Virus record (IMG/VR): IMGVR_UViG_3300015615_000629
Span: 224,001-288,000 of that record
Length of the DNA stretch: 64,000 bases
Source: a virus
Lineage: Duplodnaviria; Heunggongvirae; Uroviricota; Caudoviricetes
Strand: one strand, 5' to 3'
Shown piece after piece: positions 39,301-48,722 of the stretch. A program made the position numbers and the translations under genes. The notes under the pieces were generated by a model. It worked only from the letters and a program-made list of their open reading frames with translations. It did not search any database and had not been told where the DNA came from. Each line of letters begins with the position of its first letter. Within the stretch, counting starts at the first letter, position 1.

Positions 39301-40892
39301 TCAATGCTAGTGGAGCAACTAAAACCTTTTCCTCTGGTTTTACATGTGCGAATTTAACGGCTTCTGCTGGAAATGTAACTTTTTCGGATATTGCTGTAAA
39401 TGCAGCGATTCTTACTTTGAGTACGGTTGGAACCGTTGATTTGGGAAGTGGTGACTTCTTCGTTACCACCTGGAATAGTTCATCTGTAGGAACCCTTACC
39501 GTTGGTACTTCTACAGTTACAGTTACTGGCGGAACATTAACTACCAGTTCTACCTCCTTGGGGGCTGTTACCATTGCAGGTGTTTCATTAGTATCTTCAA
39601 CTGCTAACGTTGGTAATCTCACATTATCTGGAAGCCTTAATTTAGGAGGCACATTAACAACCTCGGGCTCAACAGTTACTTTGGGTGGGTCTATTAGTGA
39701 TGTTGGAACCTTAAACATAACGAATGGCCCTGCAATCGCCTTTAATACAAGCATGGCAAGCACATTAACTTTGTTGATTGATCAAGGCGGCACAGTAACT
39801 ACTTCCGGCTCAACTATTACTTTCGATTGCCCAACAACGTTTAGGAAGCAATCAGGTGCTCACACATTAACATTTTCTAAAAATGTTCTGTTTAATGACG
39901 ATGTTACATTCACGCAGAATGCGACGGGTACAACCTTTACAATTCAGCCATCAAATAAGAATCTTACTTTCAAGAAAGATGTGACTCTTGTAGAAACTGA
40001 TGCTGATGGTTTGGTTTGGACAAAAGGTAGCGGAACCATTACTTTATCTGGTAGTTCTACGCAAAATATTAATTTCTTGGGCAAAACCGTTGAGGATATC
40101 GTTTCGACCGGAAGCGATGTGGTTTTGGTAGACGATTTGGTTTGTGATACATTATCTTTGAATAGTGGCGGATTTGATTTTGGTGGAAAGAATGTTACAA
40201 CTACTGGAGACTTAACTATTCTTAGTGTAGATTTAACTGGATTAGGCGACAGTATCATCACGGTTGGTGGAGATTTTTCTGCCGATGGAACAGTCTCCAG
40301 TTTATTGGATTTAAATCCAGATTCTGTTTGGGAATTAAACGTAACTGGTTCTGGTCATGTAACCTATGCAAGTGTAAAAAACAGCGATGCATCGGGAAGT
40401 TCTGATGCAATTAGAACTACAAACTGTGTGGACGAAGGAGACAACATTAATTGGAGATTCAAATTACTTGTTGAATCTTTAGATGTCGAACAAAATGTTG
40501 ATCCTGTTCCTGGCGTCGAACTAAGAGTTAATTTGGAAGATGTTGCTGGAACGACTGATTTATTGTTTTACGGTAAGCATTTGGACGATGATTCTTATGT
40601 GTTACTTGGTACTGTTTCTATCTCGACTGATAGAATTGTGACATTTGTATGGAAAGACCTCTTGCAGGGTCAATTCTATCAGTGGTATGCTATTGCCACG
40701 GATGTCCAAACGGATGTCCAAGTGTTTTATACTAGTTCGCCTCCTTTAGCCGCTGACGGCGGATTTGTCTGTAAATTAGATAACGGACAAAGGATTAGAA
40801 CACATTCCCAATATGTCTGTCCCGCTAACGCAGATAGTTGTAGCGGATCGGCGTTAGTGGCAGCAAGCACAGTTTGCGATCAAAGATTGTGA
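36315..40892 (+). CDS. large G/T/S-rich beta-solenoid adhesin/tail-fibre-like protein
   Basis: 1525 aa; N-terminal W..SGNWS..GVP..GDDVVF motif; repetitive beta units; TAAATA 5 nt before ATG. Confidence 0.8.
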   Translation: MPTKTWASASNSTWNSSGNWSPSGVPGTGDDVVFGDGVNNGNCTVDIAVSVASLTINNTYTGLVDFGTTRTLTTTGDVTIDTGSTGATTTKFSANGLSGGLHYTIGGNLVVSTARKVLWYGTLDITGNATFSGAGDRTFGFSTINCVDYTNSGSSTSQIFGNITATGNFNSSSADAGTIFALVTTLSGTSKTFSAKATQDFSSLVITGSYTFSQASGVGFNAQDFSVGTGGTFTNNVTETDGVILQVVTIDGTYAGSGTQYLGTTGVTGFPCNIDINGTWSNSGTTQVSWDILMSTAATPQAVSGTWNFVKNGDFPGSDVSVAQTLSGQFRFTGNVSFDCDDANTYALTIASLTGTEFQSALTTSNTGGGTFTYLPLSVLSFTTNTANISLLDKSYGAMTFSGGTKTLTGSGFTSSTLTVSGGTLNANNKALTTLGNFVISGTAVFQGGNQTHTIGGNCVFSGTGTSTFSTCTINLSGDWDLSAMGVTCNMTFTSMTLNLNGTAKQFLAAAITGFTIGTINVNGTYTIPLNTSFRGMRGGTSGINIKSGGTLTNNETSTSGGVVVTGSILVVESGGTYAGTGNLTCINGAITHSGGTWSNTGTNTIGWNHTLTGGTCNFTGTWNFSKSGGTAGGGSSRTQTLTGTAFTFTGPVTFNCDEAATYIVTNSNVNLNFSNNIVFSNSGSGTFTYNKGSGTITLNASSGSVNAGFFDRSIEPLVVSCSGATTTFVGGFTTTSYTHSAGNVAGGAVNIIVNGDTTITSTGTVSLTSGGSWASTGSWDSSSATAISAAAWIFTFTGTSKTINTSNTGTGLGIVTFDTGSTYSVGSGGLNCAGIVLVGTLNISTNSVACKGQFNLAGTISGSGAFTVTNGTITNDGTWSHTGTLNVNQSCTMTSSSSTSTIPCTVNFNQSSGTPTLVFSKDHTFTGDVTFSQDVVANYTVNFASKAMNFNKNLTFSALTPSNLIISNPGTTTLGGSSGSHTIALIDKTIGDLVINASGATKTFSSGFTCANLTASAGNVTFSDIAVNAAILTLSTVGTVDLGSGDFFVTTWNSSSVGTLTVGTSTVTVTGGTLTTSSTSLGAVTIAGVSLVSSTANVGNLTLSGSLNLGGTLTTSGSTVTLGGSISDVGTLNITNGPAIAFNTSMASTLTLLIDQGGTVTTSGSTITFDCPTTFRKQSGAHTLTFSKNVLFNDDVTFTQNATGTTFTIQPSNKNLTFKKDVTLVETDADGLVWTKGSGTITLSGSSTQNINFLGKTVEDIVSTGSDVVLVDDLVCDTLSLNSGGFDFGGKNVTTTGDLTILSVDLTGLGDSIITVGGDFSADGTVSSLLDLNPDSVWELNVTGSGHVTYASVKNSDASGSSDAIRTTNCVDEGDNINWRFKLLVESLDVEQNVDPVPGVELRVNLEDVAGTTDLLFYGKHLDDDSYVLLGTVSISTDRIVTFVWKDLLQGQFYQWYAIATDVQTDVQVFYTSSPPLAADGGFVCKLDNGQRIRTHSQYVCPANADSCSGSALVAASTVCDQRL

Positions 40893-41524
40893 TAGAACAT
40901 CGTTTAGATTCAATTCTTCGTTATAATATGACGCCCGATGAGGCTTCCGCCTATCAACTAGCCATTCTCTGGTCTGAGTTGGTAAATAAGCATTTTCCAT
41001 CGTCTAAAAATATAGTTTTAAGGTCTTTGGGGGATCCTAGAAAATCCATATTATTCAAATATTGTTATAAATTGTATATTGAGTCTAGAGGAATCATTAA
41101 CGAAGACGATTTCGAGCCATACATGTTGGCTCAGATTACTATTTTGAAGGCTCATAATTGTGACAACATAAGCCCACAAAGTTTAGTAGGCGAAAAAGCC
41201 TGGAAACGTTGGCAGGTTTGGCAATCCAAGTATCAAAAAGCAGAAAAAAAGGCAGAAACTACAATAATCACTGCTTCCAACACTAAAATAAAAGCAGACT
41301 TAGACAGGAGTAGGGCTTTTCTTGAGAAGCGAATTGGAGAAATAAGTAAAAAATCCTTATCAGATAATAAGGATAACGTCTCAAAATGGTTGGTCTTAGA
41401 TAAGGTTTCTCCATTGTTTGTTTTATGTTTTTTTGAAAAAACCGAATTTAATGATTTGTTTGGAATGAATTCAGATATTTATGATGGTTCTTTAGAGCAA
41501 GCTAAAAAGTTAGTAAGTGCTTAA
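40874..41524 (+). CDS. hypothetical phage protein
   Basis: 216-aa ORF (start uncertain). Confidence 0.7.
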   Translation: MRSKIVIEHRLDSILRYNMTPDEASAYQLAILWSELVNKHFPSSKNIVLRSLGDPRKSILFKYCYKLYIESRGIINEDDFEPYMLAQITILKAHNCDNISPQSLVGEKAWKRWQVWQSKYQKAEKKAETTIITASNTKIKADLDRSRAFLEKRIGEISKKSLSDNKDNVSKWLVLDKVSPLFVLCFFEKTEFNDLFGMNSDIYDGSLEQAKKLVSA

Positions 41525-42277
41525 AGCGGCGATAGTTGTGTTGATAATTTCTTCTACGGGTTGGGATGGACAATAGATTTCATCCCATTCTGACGGCTGT
41601 GGTTCCCAAATATGACCTTTTATTGGGGATTGTACGTCATGACCAAAGCAACGGATTGTGCCTTGAGTTTGGCTATAACTTAAATCTATAATGAATTCTT
41701 CGACTCTAGCACTACCTGGAGCTTCTACGCCTTGTCCCCTTAAGGACATATAGATTAAGAAGTTGTTATCGTTTTTCTTTCTAACTCCTTCAAAAACAAA
41801 GATATTAGGGGCATGTTTTCTTACATAAACAGATAACTTGCTGGACAGTTTTTCTAATCCGGTAAACTTCTCAGAAGGAGAGTCCGGTGGTAAAACATCA
41901 ATTTGATTAAGTTTATCCATTAATTTTTCTGCTAATTCTTCTTCGGCTTCATGCTTAACGTAAAGCAAAGGAACAATCTCTTTACATACCCAGATGGATT
42001 TTCCTAGTAGATCGTGTGATTTTTTTCTTATAATTGCTTTGAAGGAACCTAATGGGCTGAAAGTGAGTCTAATAACATCGCTTTCCTGTCCCCACTGGAT
42101 TTCATTTTCCCAATCTCTTTTTGCTGCTTTTCCGTTTAAAGAATATTGATTCAATCTTGATACAATAGCACTTACGCTTATATCTTGAATTGGATCTTCG
42201 TTTTTTTCTTTCTCGGCTAGTTTTACGGATTTTTCAAATCCAAATATGTCAGTCCATTCATTCCATGTTTTAATCAT
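41510..42277 (-). CDS. hypothetical protein (MIKTWNEW N-terminus)
   Basis: 255-aa ORF. Confidence 0.75.
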   Translation of the reverse strand: MIKTWNEWTDIFGFEKSVKLAEKEKNEDPIQDISVSAIVSRLNQYSLNGKAAKRDWENEIQWGQESDVIRLTFSPLGSFKAIIRKKSHDLLGKSIWVCKEIVPLLYVKHEAEEELAEKLMDKLNQIDVLPPDSPSEKFTGLEKLSSKLSVYVRKHAPNIFVFEGVRKKNDNNFLIYMSLRGQGVEAPGSARVEEFIIDLSYSQTQGTIRCFGHDVQSPIKGHIWEPQPSEWDEIYCPSQPVEEIINTTIAALSTY

Positions 42278-42283
42278 TGTACC

Positions 42284-42289
42284 TATATA
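42284..42289. promoter_or_regulatory. palindromic TATATA box between divergent genes
   Basis: Only 16 nt separate the ATGs at 42277(-) and 42294(+); TATATA is 4 and 6 nt from them. Confidence 0.5.
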
Positions 42290-42293
42290 CGGT

Positions 42294-42662
42294 ATGGACT
42301 TCAGATTGTGGCTCGAAACTCAAGATTCAGAAAGTATAAAACTATCTATTTTAGGTTCTTTACCTGACGAGTTAAAAGGCGATCATAGAGATGAAGAACG
42401 TCTTATGTCTATGCGTACTTCTACATTTGGCAAGGACATACTTGATAAAGTCAGAAACTTGGGTATAATACAAGGTCTGAAAGATAGCGACCCACAACGC
42501 TATCAGGATGTAATTTCTGCAATCGGAAGCGGGATAACGATTTCCGACCTTATTGAGAAGGTAGCCGGAAAAGATGGTTTGGGTAATTTGAAAAATCCAG
42601 GCAAGCAACCATCTTTAATGACTGATCCTAAAGCACTCCCTTACGCAATGTCATTCCAATGA
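42294..42662 (+). CDS. hypothetical protein (MDFRLWLE N-terminus)
   Basis: ATG at 42294; same first 8 aa as the 3895-5529 protein. Confidence 0.75.
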   Translation: MDFRLWLETQDSESIKLSILGSLPDELKGDHRDEERLMSMRTSTFGKDILDKVRNLGIIQGLKDSDPQRYQDVISAIGSGITISDLIEKVAGKDGLGNLKNPGKQPSLMTDPKALPYAMSFQ

Positions 42663-43255
42663 AAGAATTTAAGACTTGGTTTGAAGAAAATACAGGAAAA
42701 ATAGTTATTCTGGCTAGGGGTCTTCCTGGTTCTGGTAAAAGTTTTACTGTGAACCGTCTCGTAAAAGAATTTGGTGTTTCGGATAAAAATATCTTTTCGG
42801 CGGACCATTATTTTATCCCAATGACAAGGGAATTTCGCCAACAAGGTATCGATATAAGTCCAAAAGAAGAACGTGATGAATATTTATCTAATTTCAATCA
42901 TGTTCATTTGCCTCTTGCTCATGAAACATGTTTCAATCGTTTCAAAAATGCAGTAGACAAAGGCGTTTCGCCATTAGTTGTTGATAATACAAATGTGAGT
43001 CTTCGTCAGATTGAGAACTATGTAGTTTACGCTTCTGCTGCCGGATACGACGTAAGATTGCAAGAACCAGAATCCCCTTGGTGGAAGGAATATTCGCCTT
43101 ATTTAGCGAATAAACAGAAACATGCAGATAAGGTTGAAGAATTAATTGATATTTTACATCAAAAGAACAGCCATGATGTTCCTAAAGAAACACTGCGACA
43201 TATGGTTAATATGTGGGAACCAAATTTAACTGTGGATAAAGTATTTGAAAAATGA
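42659..43255 (+). CDS. AAA_33 / N4BP2-like P-loop (polynucleotide) kinase
   Basis: ARGLPGSGKS, SADHYF, AH..C, VVDNTN, N.HDVP. Confidence 0.85.
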   Translation: MKEFKTWFEENTGKIVILARGLPGSGKSFTVNRLVKEFGVSDKNIFSADHYFIPMTREFRQQGIDISPKEERDEYLSNFNHVHLPLAHETCFNRFKNAVDKGVSPLVVDNTNVSLRQIENYVVYASAAGYDVRLQEPESPWWKEYSPYLANKQKHADKVEELIDILHQKNSHDVPKETLRHMVNMWEPNLTVDKVFEK

Positions 43256-43521
43256 GATATCTGTTCTTGTTTATATTATTATTGCCTTCGCTCTGTAAGG
43301 CACAAAGCAATCGGTTAGTTACTTTTGATTTCGCCAATCTTCCAAAGGTAAACGAAGAAGTTCTGTATTATCAAAAAGCCAGATATCAAGGATATACTCC
43401 ATTTTTTACTACTGCCAATGGTGGAGGCTATGAGATAATCCCAATTTACAATTTATTGACCGGTTCTGGCTCAATAGTAGAAGCAAATGGTCATTTTGTT
43501 AGAACTCTAAAGTATCCTTGA
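43252..43521 (+). CDS. small secreted hypothetical protein
   Basis: Signal-peptide-like N-terminus; ATGA overlap. Confidence 0.55.
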   Translation: MRYLFLFILLLPSLCKAQSNRLVTFDFANLPKVNEEVLYYQKARYQGYTPFFTTANGGGYEIIPIYNLLTGSGSIVEANGHFVRTLKYP

Positions 43522-44899
43522 TGATTACTTCATGTCCTTCTTTTTCTAGGACTTTTATCCTGTTTTTAGAATGATCATGTAAATATTCATTTATTCTAAA
43601 TATGAAATCGTAATAATTTAAAATATCTTTATCATCTGCGGTTCTTAGTCCTCTTCCCATTCTTTGAATTATTTGATGTTCTGCTGTTCCGCCAGCGGCA
43701 TTAACTAGGTTCGTTACTTTTACGTTAATTCCAGTGTTAAATATTCCGTGAGTTGCAATAGCGACCACATTTCCCTTGCCAGACTGAAGTTTTTTTATGA
43801 CTTCTTTTCTGGTTTCTAGGTTGTCTTTGCCTCTAATCCAGATTGCTTCTGGAATTAGATGGTTTAAAGAATCTCCATGAGCAATCCTTTCTACAAGGAT
43901 TAGCGTTCTGCCTTTTAGTGTTTTGACTAAATTCTTTACTGTTTCATGAAAATGGTAAGATTCGGCAATTCCATGAGTGACCGCATCTTGGTACACATCA
44001 TAAGGTATTTGGGGTTCGTCGATTGGATAAAATATACATTTTGAATCTGATAGTATCTTGCGTTCTTGTAATTCTTTGGTTGTTAAAACACCATCAGGTG
44101 ACTTTGTTTTAAATATAGGACCGAAATAACCCTTGACTTCATATTTTTGAGTTTTGTCACTGCCGCCGAACTTAAAAGGCGTAGCAGAAATACCTACTCT
44201 TACACAAGCATTTGCTAATTTATTGTAATATTTCTTCGGTTCCTTGGACATTAATTCATGGATTTCGTCCACAAATAACGCCTGAATCTTTGGTAAATAA
44301 GACTGCATTTTATGCAACGACTGTACGGTTGCACAGGTAATATTCCCAATTTCGTTATACTTGTCGTATAGGCGTCCTACGTCGTTAAATCCAATATTCT
44401 TAAGTTCGGAGTAGTTTTGCTCTACCAAGCTCTTTTTGTTTGCTAATATAAGCGTTGGGACGCCTTCTGGAAGGCATTTAAGGGCTCCGAGAAGGATGAA
44501 TGTTTTTCCGCTGCCTGTGGGTGACTTAATGATGCCACGCTGGTATTTTATGGCTTGGTTAATGAAATCAACTTGGTAGTCATACATTTCTATCCCAGGT
44601 AGGAAATTTTTGTCAATTTCCTGGTGGATAAATTGGATTTTGTTTCTGGTGTCGGAAGCGGTGAAGGGTTCTTTTAGAATGGAAAGGGCAGTAACAATTT
44701 CAGGAAGAAGTCCTGTAAGGAACTTTCCGCTATCTTTTTTGAAGAATTCTGTATATCCATCCCAGATTCTGCGTTTGTAGGCAGAACTATGGAAGTAATT
44801 TTTGTCGCGAAATCTGAGTTTTTGCCACAAAATGTGCTTTAAGTCATCATTCGTCGTGTTGAGAAAAGAATGTATATTTTGTATGTTAAGAGAAGTCAT
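43499..44899 (-). CDS. uvsW: UvsW-like SF2 DNA helicase
   Basis: WDGY, YDYQ, SPTGSGKT, VDEIH, SATP, QRMGRGLR. Confidence 0.88.
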   Translation of the reverse strand: MTSLNIQNIHSFLNTTNDDLKHILWQKLRFRDKNYFHSSAYKRRIWDGYTEFFKKDSGKFLTGLLPEIVTALSILKEPFTASDTRNKIQFIHQEIDKNFLPGIEMYDYQVDFINQAIKYQRGIIKSPTGSGKTFILLGALKCLPEGVPTLILANKKSLVEQNYSELKNIGFNDVGRLYDKYNEIGNITCATVQSLHKMQSYLPKIQALFVDEIHELMSKEPKKYYNKLANACVRVGISATPFKFGGSDKTQKYEVKGYFGPIFKTKSPDGVLTTKELQERKILSDSKCIFYPIDEPQIPYDVYQDAVTHGIAESYHFHETVKNLVKTLKGRTLILVERIAHGDSLNHLIPEAIWIRGKDNLETRKEVIKKLQSGKGNVVAIATHGIFNTGINVKVTNLVNAAGGTAEHQIIQRMGRGLRTADDKDILNYYDFIFRINEYLHDHSKNRIKVLEKEGHEVIIKDTLEF

Positions 44900-44945
44900 T
44901 AGTCATATTGTACCATAATTATTCGTATTTCAAATACATATTTAC

Positions 44946-45221
44946 ATGGATTTTAAAGGCTGGAACCACAAATCTTTTGGAATAATTTCAGCCGAAAGGC
45001 CAGAAGTAGACCAGACTTACGAATTATTGAATATTCTTAACAAAAGGTTCAAATATGAACCCATTGATGGGCATTGGAAAGGACAGCCCGAGAAGTCCTT
45101 TGTGGTATTTGATATAAATTTAGAAAGTCTTTTAGATCTAGCTAAAAGATTTGGGCAAGAGGCGGTAGTATATAAGCCAGAGAATGGCGTAGCTCAGGTG
45201 GTACATCTAAATGAACTTTAG
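44946..45221 (+). CDS. DUF3293-like protein
   Basis: GIISAERP...G.W..PEKSFVV...LAKRFGQEAV. Confidence 0.7.
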   Translation: MDFKGWNHKSFGIISAERPEVDQTYELLNILNKRFKYEPIDGHWKGQPEKSFVVFDINLESLLDLAKRFGQEAVVYKPENGVAQVVHLNEL

Positions 45222-46098
45222 GCTTTTTATAGAAAGATATGGTGGAGCCACCAATAAGATAATGTACCACGGCACTACCGATGGTGTATTGAAGAATATT
45301 ATGTCTGTTGGATTAATTCCTAATGCTAAAAAATCATGGAACAACGATCCAGGTAATTTTGACACTCCTTCTAGAGATTCATTAGGTGGCATATATGTTA
45401 CAGATAACCTAATGACAGCAATGTCAGCCGCCAGAAACACAGTACAGAGTCTTGGCGGCCAAAATAGAATTTTGGTAATAATGTCACTTCAACCAAGATC
45501 ATTTCTGGCAGACGAAGATTCAATAAGTTTTTTCACTCAGAGACTATGGCATCCTAAATATAACCCAAATTCATGGCTTACAAAAGAATTATACAATTCT
45601 TGGCTTAAAGATCCGAATTCAGAGATGGTTCAGGAATTTAGACAACATTATGTGGAATCTATTTTTGAGTCTCTAGAATATAAACTTGGAAAGTTACACC
45701 CTGAATTAGAGAAAAGGCTTAAGATTCTTTTAGAAGAAGGCTTTACAATCGCTTTAAAGCGTAAGGCAGCCTATGCTGACTACGATTCATGGGGAGATTC
45801 TGGCCCCAAAATTGATTTAGATAAAAATCAGGTAGAACGAGAATACAGTCAGTATATGGACCAACTGACCAGGACGCTAAGATCGTTGTTGGCCCAGCCA
45901 GATAAGAGCAATAGTATAAATTTTACGGCTAGATTAGAACAACCAGTAAGATTTTCTGGAAAGAATAAGATTATTTGTATTGTTAAGATAACAAGAGATG
46001 AAACAAGACGCGATAATGTAAGTGTCGTTTATGGAGAACTTCCAGATAAATTCAAGGCAGACTGGACAGAAAGGATTGGTGAATTGAATGTTATTTAG
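45211..46098 (+). CDS. putative ADP-ribosyltransferase-fold protein (H-Y-E-like clade)
   Basis: MYHGTT....I...GL.P ... GIYVT...A..AA. Confidence 0.65.
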   Translation: MNFRLFIERYGGATNKIMYHGTTDGVLKNIMSVGLIPNAKKSWNNDPGNFDTPSRDSLGGIYVTDNLMTAMSAARNTVQSLGGQNRILVIMSLQPRSFLADEDSISFFTQRLWHPKYNPNSWLTKELYNSWLKDPNSEMVQEFRQHYVESIFESLEYKLGKLHPELEKRLKILLEEGFTIALKRKAAYADYDSWGDSGPKIDLDKNQVEREYSQYMDQLTRTLRSLLAQPDKSNSINFTARLEQPVRFSGKNKIICIVKITRDETRRDNVSVVYGELPDKFKADWTERIGELNVI

Positions 46099-46486
46099 TT
46101 TAATCTTGGGTGTTATCGTATTCTTTGCGGATGACAAGAAGCCAGAGCCTCCCAAAAAAGACAAAAGGTTTGAGAAAGTAGTTTTGGTTTATAACCCAAG
46201 TTATGCTGGTGAGATGAATATGTGGGTTCCTTTTTGGACACCGCCTGTAGCACCTGGAACCATTATAAATTTTGAAGAACAAGAGAGCGGCTGCGTGTAT
46301 TCTTGCTATTACATTGACGAGAAAAAACGAAGATGTTTTGCCGTTTGGGAATTCGATGGTTGGCACTACGACCAGCAAGAAGATGACGAAGGAAATTTCT
46401 TTTATCGGTCAAACGGAAAAATGTTAGTAAAAAGAATGTTGGTGTTCAGATGTGATGGAAACACTACAGACATTGATAATCGTTAA
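46088..46486 (+). CDS. secreted/membrane hypothetical protein
   Basis: Hydrophobic N-terminus; tiling. Confidence 0.6.
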   Translation: MLFSLILGVIVFFADDKKPEPPKKDKRFEKVVLVYNPSYAGEMNMWVPFWTPPVAPGTIINFEEQESGCVYSCYYIDEKKRRCFAVWEFDGWHYDQQEDDEGNFFYRSNGKMLVKRMLVFRCDGNTTDIDNR

Positions 46487-46757
46487 GAAACTTCTCTAGA
46501 GAAACCGATGGCTTATCAAAGCAGACTTCGTTTTTAATTGAACCCATCTTGGTGTTAGGTGGATACTTCTTTCTAACCGTTTCGATGGCTTCTCCAAGAT
46601 GCGACATTACTTCAAGATAATTCGCCGCTACAGTGTCGTCGGCATCAACTGCGATACATTTTAGCGATTCTACGAAGAATTCTGCCTCTTGAATTGTCAT
46701 ATTATGGATATCGTTCAAACGAGATAGAAGTTCTGCGTAATCTTTATCCATTGTCAT
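46464..46757 (-). CDS. hypothetical protein
   Basis: 97-aa ORF with SD AGGAG. Confidence 0.65.
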   Translation of the reverse strand: MTMDKDYAELLSRLNDIHNMTIQEAEFFVESLKCIAVDADDTVAANYLEVMSHLGEAIETVRKKYPPNTKMGSIKNEVCFDKPSVSLEKFLNDYQCL

Positions 46758-46827
46758 CTCCTAGTTCATTTTTGAAGTTTTAAACGAGATTTTCGACAAA
46801 ATTACTTTGTTTGACATTAGATATCGT

Positions 46828-47106
46828 ATGGAATTTAGGAGTTGGTTGTATCAAGAAGTAGAGGCTACCAGCGGTAAAACTAGTTTATACCCTTTAGGGT
46901 ATGGCGGAATCGGTCTTTATCCATTGCAATATTTCCTGCCGGTTGCTGCCGATGCGATTACTTACATTTCAATGGATAAAAGGCTTTATCACAACGGAGA
47001 AGGACCGCCGTTCTCGATTCTGCATATCAAGGGCAATCCTAGTTGGCCTTCTACAAAGAACCCGAATAATGGTGAAGGACCGCCGTTCTCAATCGCTAAA
47101 ATTTGA
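46828..47106 (+). CDS. small protein (MEFRSWL N-terminus) with internal NGEGPPFSI repeat
   Basis: TAGATA 4 nt before ATG 46828; duplicated gaaggaccgccgttctc. Confidence 0.65.
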   Translation: MEFRSWLYQEVEATSGKTSLYPLGYGGIGLYPLQYFLPVAADAITYISMDKRLYHNGEGPPFSILHIKGNPSWPSTKNPNNGEGPPFSIAKI

Positions 47107-47517
47107 TGCTTTTATTGCATTTTTGAAAAGTTTCAAATAATTTTGTATTTGGACTCTCGCTTCATGCCCTTGGCAACCAAACGTTTGGTTTCGGTTTTGT
47201 CCGTCTTTGAGTGAATGTAAAAACGTTTTTACTGACAAAATATCGTCGTTAATTGTTATTTCAGCCTCGCCGTATTTGTAATTGTTTTCAATTATATCGA
47301 CTTTGGTATAGTAACTATTACCGAATGAAACCTTTTCAAACCAATCAATTAGATAATATGTCTGCTCGACACTTGTTGTAAATTCTACCATCTTGGAAAT
47401 AGAGTCGGCCTCTGGAAGTTTATCGGGTTCGGGATAGCGATTTAGAGAACAAAATCTCCAAACAACGTTATCGTTGCCCACATATCGCACCAAAAAGTAG
47501 AATATTATTCTAGACAT
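47089..47517 (-). CDS. hypothetical protein
   Basis: 142-aa ORF. Confidence 0.65.
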   Translation of the reverse strand: MSRIIFYFLVRYVGNDNVVWRFCSLNRYPEPDKLPEADSISKMVEFTTSVEQTYYLIDWFEKVSFGNSYYTKVDIIENNYKYGEAEITINDDILSVKTFLHSLKDGQNRNQTFGCQGHEARVQIQNYLKLFKNAIKASNFSD

Positions 47518-47795
47518 TCATCAATCTTGGGTTGTGGGAAAACTGAAAGCATTGCTTTTTCTTCTGCTAAATTATGTTCTTCAAATGAATTCATAACGTC
47601 CCATTCTTCGATATTGATATAAAAGAACCGATTTCCGTATAAGGTTTGAGTCTCCCACTGGTTTTCAGATAACTTAACTGCCTTTGGGTGGTCTTTCTGA
47701 ATAAGTTCTTCACATAGTTCTCTACTAGAAAACACTTCAAAAACACTACACTTTTTAGTGTCCTCGAATGTCATAGTTAAAATATAGACTTTCAT
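47505..47795 (-). CDS. hypothetical protein
   Basis: MKVYIL... start overlapping upstream TGA. Confidence 0.65.
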   Translation of the reverse strand: MKVYILTMTFEDTKKCSVFEVFSSRELCEELIQKDHPKAVKLSENQWETQTLYGNRFFYINIEEWDVMNSFEEHNLAEEKAMLSVFPQPKIDECLE

Positions 47796-48280
47796 TGCTC
47801 TTCTCCTAGCCATTTCTGGCAAAGTTCGCCAAACCATTCGCCTGGAATACCAGACATCACTTTTTCCACTGTTCTTTCTTCGTTTCCGAACCTAACAATG
47901 AACTTATCATCCTTTAGTTTAACCGTCCAATGGTCTATAGTTGGGTCAATGTTTCTGAAAAAGGGAGCCAATGCCGTGCTTTGCAAGTCATTTATTATTA
48001 CTCTATTACCTTCGAGTAGTTCATTTTGTTTGTCAATTATAACTTTTTGTTTGTCAATAATAGACCTCTGCATCTGATCTATTTCTTCATAGTGTTTTTC
48101 TAAGGAAACCTTTCTTATCAATAGCAACAATGAAAAATTAACTGAAATAAGTAGCCCAATTTTTACAAACCAAAGAGAATCACTATTCAGATTGAAGGGG
48201 AGTAATGATACTACTACAATGTAGTTGATGGCAGCTAAAATTCGGGCTTTAGACTTAGACATTTGAAACATTGAAGGCAC
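47792..48280 (-). CDS. membrane protein (2 TM plus coiled coil)
   Basis: Hydrophobic segments; paralog of 48703-49116. Confidence 0.65.
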   Translation of the reverse strand: MPSMFQMSKSKARILAAINYIVVVSLLPFNLNSDSLWFVKIGLLISVNFSLLLLIRKVSLEKHYEEIDQMQRSIIDKQKVIIDKQNELLEGNRVIINDLQSTALAPFFRNIDPTIDHWTVKLKDDKFIVRFGNEERTVEKVMSGIPGEWFGELCQKWLGEEQ

Positions 48281-48722
48281 ACTCTCTTAGTGTTTCCAGT
48301 TCTTCTTCAGTTAATTCCAAAAGAATAATGTTATCTTTTCTGTAGCGTCTAGATTCATCGCAAAGTAGTTCAGAAACTGCCTTATTTTCTACTTTTGTTG
48401 AAAAACTAGATAGCTCGGCAACTGCCCGCTCGACATCTTCTAGTTCTGTTTTAATCGGGTTATCAGGCAATCCTTGTTCTTTCTGACGAGTTATTGTGTG
48501 TTCTTTTGCCCTTTCCCAGATTAGTTCGCTATATCTTTCTTTTGCCTCTTCGACATGTTCAATTGATTCTCCTGATAGCGTATGGAGCAAGACTTTCTCA
48601 GCGGATAGTCGTTGCCCTTCTTCATACATGGAATTTACCACTTGCTTTTCTAGTTTTAAAACTCTAACAATGCACAGAATTAAAACCAACAAGACACCTA
48701 TGCTAGCTATCGTTCCAACCAT
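48255..48722 (-). CDS. membrane-anchored hypothetical protein
   Basis: N-terminal TM segment. Confidence 0.65.
   Translation of the reverse strand: MVGTIASIGVLLVLILCIVRVLKLEKQVVNSMYEEGQRLSAEKVLLHTLSGESIEHVEEAKERYSELIWERAKEHTITRQKEQGLPDNPIKTELEDVERAVAELSSFSTKVENKAVSELLCDESRRYRKDNIILLELTEEELETLRECAFNVSNV

Noticed and set aside
37670-40261. Antisense ORFs inside the 1525-aa gene, and similar shadow ORFs across the window (e.g. 864-1121, 2844-3227, 6509-7534, 9120-9917, 60621-61118)
   Set aside because: Shadow frames produced by the codon bias of the true gene on the opposite strand
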